A stretch of DNA of 64,000 bases from an uncultured Porphyromonadaceae bacterium (GTDB lineage: Bacteria; Bacteroidota; Bacteroidia; Bacteroidales; Muribaculaceae): positions 8,444 through 72,443 of the forward strand of contig CALEUL010000025.1 of the NCBI GenBank assembly GCA_937921035.1. The letters are read 5' to 3'. The notes below the pieces were generated by a model that saw nothing but the letters and a program-made list of their open reading frames with translations, was not told the DNA's origin and did not search any database. Positions 59,179 to 64,000 of this stretch are shown piece by piece. The position numbers and the translations under genes are program-made. Position 1 is the first letter of the stretch. Every line of letters begins with the position of its first letter.

Positions 59179-60684
59179 TTATTCTTTGTAAATAAATTGT
59201 TTGCCTCGTTTGATATACAGTTGATTGGATATAGGATTTATCAGCTTTCTTCCATTCAAATCATATATTCCATCTTCGGCAGCATTGTTTTCAATTCCAA
59301 CTCTTTCAATACCTGAAAATTCTATTTCATTAAAGTTCTTGAAACGGTCCCAACCAAAAGCTGAGGCATAGTCAGACTTTGAATTAACTGGAATATAAAT
59401 TGGAATATCAGCACTAAGATTTCCAAAAGCGCCAAGTGTAGCTGATTCATCATAAGGGTGATCATTTTCACAGACAGGCGGAATAGGGGCTTTGCAATGA
59501 ATTGCTTTAAGACCCAAGCATGCCGAGAAACTTTTTGCCCCTAATGTTTTTATCGTTGAAGGGAAATATAATTCTTCGATAGATTTGCATCCATTGAAAG
59601 CATCATAATCTATATCTTCAAGACCCTCTGGAAACTTAATTCTATTCAATTTTCCACATCCCATAAACGCGGATTCACCTATGAATTTCGTATTTTGCGG
59701 TATATTAATATTCGTAAGTTCCATACAGTTCTCAAAAATAGAACATGGGATATAAATGCATTGTGCCGGCAAATGTGCACTTTCCAAATTCCAATTGCCC
59801 TTGAACTGACGGCCATTTTTTCCTAACATGCAAGAATCCGGCAAATAGATTTCTTTCAAATCACTATAAGCAAAGGTAAACATGCCTATGAATTCCACAT
59901 TTTCGGGAATATTGATTTTAGTAATTCTTGTCCAATAGAAAACGCCACCATCTAACACTCTGATAGTTTCCGGCAATACAACTTCCGCGCCATCCAAGCC
60001 TCGACAATTCATAAAAGCCTGATAACCTAATACTTCCAAATTTGGAGGCAATACAAATTTAGTTTTAGAATAACTCATACAGTCTGTAAAAGCTGCTTCG
60101 CCAATTATTTTTAAACAATCGGGGAACTGAATATCCGTCAACGCTGTAGAGTATCCAAATGCCAGCCTCCCGATTTCCCTGATATTCTTAGGTAGTACAA
60201 TTTTTTCAAGCCGGATTGTGTAAATATATCCTGCGCTCCAGTCAACTTGTTCGTCAACATGAAAAAAAGTCTGCTCAGGTATCAGATCTGTTTCAGCCTC
60301 CGCCTTGTCAAGGTACACTTCCTTTAACTTGCCGTGGAAAGTTGATTCCCATATTGTATTATAATCATCATAATTAATCGGACCCTCAATGCGCAGAATG
60401 TCGACCTTATAAATATTATCACCCAAAACAGTCTTTAAATCACCTGCCTTCTCAACCTTTACATCAAGGCTCATCGGTTCGTTGTTATCCTCTTTTGCAG
60501 AAGGTACTATGTTACACATAGCGTTTACATCAATACTGCGCATTCCATTGTTATTAGCCTCCTCGACAAGGACAGGTGGAAATTCAGCGTTTCCGTTAAG
60601 CAACCCATTCATTGGATACCTCTCCGAATATGCAGATGCATTGATGGCAACGAAGATACACGATATAAATAATAAATGTCTCAT
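59179..60684 (-). CDS. BspA-type (LRR_5) protein with T9SS-like C-terminal domain
   Basis: Repeats IGEAAF..C, IGESAFMGC, IDYDAFNGC; GIYDLNGRKL..LYIKRGKQFIYK terminus; AT-rich. Confidence 0.9.
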   Translation of the reverse strand: MRHLLFISCIFVAINASAYSERYPMNGLLNGNAEFPPVLVEEANNNGMRSIDVNAMCNIVPSAKEDNNEPMSLDVKVEKAGDLKTVLGDNIYKVDILRIEGPINYDDYNTIWESTFHGKLKEVYLDKAEAETDLIPEQTFFHVDEQVDWSAGYIYTIRLEKIVLPKNIREIGRLAFGYSTALTDIQFPDCLKIIGEAAFTDCMSYSKTKFVLPPNLEVLGYQAFMNCRGLDGAEVVLPETIRVLDGGVFYWTRITKINIPENVEFIGMFTFAYSDLKEIYLPDSCMLGKNGRQFKGNWNLESAHLPAQCIYIPCSIFENCMELTNINIPQNTKFIGESAFMGCGKLNRIKFPEGLEDIDYDAFNGCKSIEELYFPSTIKTLGAKSFSACLGLKAIHCKAPIPPVCENDHPYDESATLGAFGNLSADIPIYIPVNSKSDYASAFGWDRFKNFNEIEFSGIERVGIENNAAEDGIYDLNGRKLINPISNQLYIKRGKQFIYKE

Positions 60685-61119
60685 ATAAATTATTTAATTC
60701 AATAGCAAAGACATGATTTAATAATCTTGCTATTGACCTATTTATTAAAATGATTATTTAATTTCGATTTTTTTTAGAATCTAAGGCTTCAGACTCAACC
60801 ATATACCAAACAACATATAAACCTATGGGTACATCTGAAAAAGCTTAGCAATGTAATTTTTAGTTGTTTCATCGTTTTATAGAATTAGAAATTAACAAAT
60901 CTGGTTTGGTACATCTAAAATTTCGATAAGATAAGTTATACAGAGAATGACATATCTATCTGCACGCAAATATACAGACAACATTCTTAAGTTGTATATA
61001 CAATTGCAAAAAAAATGTTCTTGTAGCTGGTTGAATTTTGGAGATAAAGATAAGCACCGGAAACGCAGTCTTACAACTGTCGGCTCCGGCACTTATCTAG
61101 TATATTAATCGTAATATGC

Positions 61120-64000
61120 TCAGAGCTGGTGGGCTACCGGACGCATAACGAAGGTGAAGGTGCGGTCGGCAAACGGCAACAGATACTCAGGCAACGGAAG
61201 CGCCCCCCAGGAATCGACGCAACCAAGTCCGGCCTGAGCCTTGTCGATAATCACGTTGGTGAACCCGGCCTTAGGAATTTCGGGAGAGTGGCGCTGCATT
61301 TTTCGCGGTGTTTCGTCGAGGCTCTCTATGGTGTAGTTCAGAGCCGAAGCGGAGAAAGGCGCGTCGGCAACAAATTCAAGTCCGCGGCCCGCGCGGTCCA
61401 GCTGCATCCAGTAGCGGATATCGGTCTTGGTACCAGTTTCCTGCGGACGGATATAGGGATAGAACTGCTCGTCGACGGTCTGACGGTACAGACCGACAGG
61501 CGTGCAGTGGTTGCGGTCGGAATAATTCTCGCCAGGACCGCGACCGTAGTACTCTATCCTGCTGAAACGTTCAGGCATGGGCATCTGCATTCCGTAGCGG
61601 AACATAGGGGGAGTATCGGCACCCTTGTCGGCGGTCATAGCCTCGGTAACCTTGACTGCACCCTCGTTGTTGATAAGATAGGACATTCTGAGAGTGGCCT
61701 TGACGGCCGGCATCTCGTAATCGGCTACAACAAGAGCCATGCCGTCGGTCATGGATGCATCGAGGCTCTTGAGTCGCATTTCAGGCTTCTGCCATACACG
61801 CCATTTGAGCTGCAACCCGGCACCCATATCGTTATCGGTTACGGCACGCCAGAAGTTTGGCTTTAGCTCGCGGCCTTTTTCAATGAATTCCGCTGCGCCA
61901 ACGCGGTACTGATTCATGAAACCATTCTCGCGGTTGAATTCGATACGGAAATCAATGCCTTCCACGGCCAGACTGTTCTGATGGTTGATGATAATCCGAG
62001 GCTCACCGCCACCAAGTCTGTTTGCAAGATTGATATCCGCGGGAATGGGTGCAGTGAGCGCAAGCTGCTGACGGGCGACAGCGAAACCGGCGGGAAGAAC
62101 TTCGGTTGCATTCTTAAGAACATACTTCACGTTCAGGAAGTACTCGCCATCGCCGTCGGCTGCGGGCAACGGCAGTGTAACGACAGTACTACTCTGAGGA
62201 GCAACATCGAGTTTGTCAACACGGCCCTCGGCAAGGGGCAGACCGTTCTTTTCAACATTCCATACCAGCGCGACGTCGGAGAGATTGTTGAAGAAATTCT
62301 CGTTGAACACCTTCACACGTCCTTTTGCCAAATCGACAGGTTCGGTCCAGATGTTCTGATAGCAATAAGCCACCTCGTAGGCGTGCGGGTTGGGCACTCG
62401 GTCGGGGCTGACAAGACCGTTGTCGCAGAAATTCTGGTCAGAGGGGTCGAAGTTGTTGAAATCACCGCCGTATGCAAATATTTCAGCGCCGCCGGCCCCC
62501 TTTTCGCGCAGGCTCTGGTCCACGAAGTCCCAGATGAAACCGCCCTGATAGTTGGGATACTTGCGCACAAGGTCCATGTACTCCATGAATCCGCCCTCGG
62601 AATTACCCATAGCATGCGCATACTCGCACTGTATTAGCGGCTTGGTATTGGAAGAATCGGAACAGTAGCGGTTCACATTATCGTAGTTGTAGTACATCGG
62701 GCAGAAAATGTCGGTGTTGTCGCCCCGACCAGCCTGCTCGTACTGCACAGGGCGCGAGGGGTCCTCGTTCTTCACCCATGTGTAAGCGGCGACGAAGTTC
62801 TCTCCGTTGCCGGCCTCGTTGCCGAGCGACCAGAATATCACTGCGGGATGATTATAGTTGCGCTGTACGTTGCGCTGATTGCGCTCCATATGCGCCTTTG
62901 CATAGTTCTTTGCACGAGCCAGGCTTTCATCACCATATCCCATGCCGTGGCTCTCGATATTCGCCTCGGCAACCATATAGATGCCGTGGCGGTCGCAAAG
63001 CTCGTACCACAGCTCGTCGTCGGGATAATGGCATGTACGAACCGCGTTGATATTCAGTTTCTTCATAACTTCCACATCCTGCAACATGCGCTCAGGCGAA
63101 ACGTTATAGCCTCCGTCGGGGTCGAGTTCATGACGGTTTGCGCCCTTGAACAGCACCGGCTTGCCGTTTACGAGCACCTGTCCTGCCACAAGTTCTATTT
63201 TTCGGAAGCCCACGTTTACCGGGACAATCTCGCCGGTACCCTCCATGCGGGCGATAAGCTTGTAGAGGTACGGTGATTCGGCACTCCATTTGCGTGGATT
63301 GTCTACGTTTATGGTAACCTTGCCACTGCGGTCGGCTACAGCCGCAGCCACCTTGGCGCCATCGGCATCGAGAAGCTCGAGATTTACTTTACCTTTTCCA
63401 TTGAGTGTGAGGTCTACATCCAGCGAGCCGTTGCGGTAGTCCTTGTCGAGGTCGGGAGTAACACGGATGTCGGCTATGCGCGTCTTGTTACGGGCAAACA
63501 GATAGCTGTCGCGGGCAACGCCGCTAAGACGGAAGAAATCCTGGTCCTCGAGGTATGTTCCGTCGCACCAGCGGAACACCTGAAAGGCAAACAGGTTTTC
63601 CTTGCCGGGAACGATATAGGGTGTAACATCGAATTCGGCGGCCAGTTTGCTGTCCTCGCTGTAGCCAACAAACTTTCCGTTGATCCACAGATAGATATTG
63701 GACGTAACCGAACCAAAGTGAGCAAAAATATCCTTGCCTTTCCAGTCGGCGGGAACAAAAATCTCGCGGCGGTAACTTCCGACGTGATTCTCCTGTTCGG
63801 GCACTGTAGGCGGGTTGTTCCTGTACCATGTGCGCCAGGGATAACCGACGTTGACATACATGGGATCGCCGTAGCCGTTCAACTCCCAGTTGCCTGGCAC
63901 AGGCATGTCGCCCCAACCTTTGTCGTTGAAATTCTTTTTCCAGAAGTCTACAGGACGCGCCGAGGCATCGTTTACCATATTAAACTTCCAGATACCATTA
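61120..64000 (-). CDS. lacZ: GH2 LacZ-type beta-galactosidase; 5' end outside the window
   Basis: NRHE, WSLGNEAG, CEYAHAMGNS; frame open to the window edge. Confidence 0.94.
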   Translation of the reverse strand, partial: NGIWKFNMVNDASARPVDFWKKNFNDKGWGDMPVPGNWELNGYGDPMYVNVGYPWRTWYRNNPPTVPEQENHVGSYRREIFVPADWKGKDIFAHFGSVTSNIYLWINGKFVGYSEDSKLAAEFDVTPYIVPGKENLFAFQVFRWCDGTYLEDQDFFRLSGVARDSYLFARNKTRIADIRVTPDLDKDYRNGSLDVDLTLNGKGKVNLELLDADGAKVAAAVADRSGKVTINVDNPRKWSAESPYLYKLIARMEGTGEIVPVNVGFRKIELVAGQVLVNGKPVLFKGANRHELDPDGGYNVSPERMLQDVEVMKKLNINAVRTCHYPDDELWYELCDRHGIYMVAEANIESHGMGYGDESLARAKNYAKAHMERNQRNVQRNYNHPAVIFWSLGNEAGNGENFVAAYTWVKNEDPSRPVQYEQAGRGDNTDIFCPMYYNYDNVNRYCSDSSNTKPLIQCEYAHAMGNSEGGFMEYMDLVRKYPNYQGGFIWDFVDQSLREKGAGGAEIFAYGGDFNNFDPSDQNFCDNGLVSPDRVPNPHAYEVAYCYQNIWTEPVDLAKGRVKVFNENFFNNLSDVALVWNVEKNGLPLAEGRVDKLDVAPQSSTVVTLPLPAADGDGEYFLNVKYVLKNATEVLPAGFAVARQQLALTAPIPADINLANRLGGGEPRIIINHQNSLAVEGIDFRIEFNRENGFMNQYRVGAAEFIEKGRELKPNFWRAVTDNDMGAGLQLKWRVWQKPEMRLKSLDASMTDGMALVVADYEMPAVKATLRMSYLINNEGAVKVTEAMTADKGADTPPMFRYGMQMPMPERFSRIEYYGRGPGENYSDRNHCTPVGLYRQTVDEQFYPYIRPQETGTKTDIRYWMQLDRAGRGLEFVADAPFSASALNYTIESLDETPRKMQRHSPEIPKAGFTNVIIDKAQAGLGCVDSWGALPLPEYLLPFADRTFTFVMRPVAHQL

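Overview
Chromosomal window from a Bacteroidales bacterium. Evidence: SusC/SusD pair, many TAnnTTTG -7 promoters, T9SS C-terminal domains and SPII lipoproteins. Gene style suggests Muribaculaceae, which is inference. In order: a decaying AT-rich operon; an intact IS4-family element inserted into a GTAG-type REP palindrome; a cupin/HxlR pair; a beta-1,3-glucan-type PUL (SusR-like regulator, SusC, SusD, SGBP, GH16, GH5); ppdK; a NagB/PIG-L fusion with a degenerate deaminase site; a radical SAM/SPASM + MYG-motif lipoprotein pair; smpB, mutS2-chrA-chrA-rimK-folC, sulP, rpsP, ileS-dksA-lspA; an AT-rich cassette (TPR-TM-HTH regulator, small secreted protein, 611-aa lipoprotein with a membrane-active-looking segment, nested palindromic repeat, LRR lipoprotein); tricorn protease; galK-galE-galM plus a nucleotidyltransferase with no galT; a BspA-like LRR protein; a partial GH2 beta-galactosidase. 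No rRNA, tRNA or CRISPR array seen. Best candidates for poorly described biology: the rSAM/MYG-lipoprotein pair, the TPR regulator/small protein/effector cassette, the GalT-less gal operon, and the REP element targeted by the IS. Family names come from motif recognition and memory; no searches were run.
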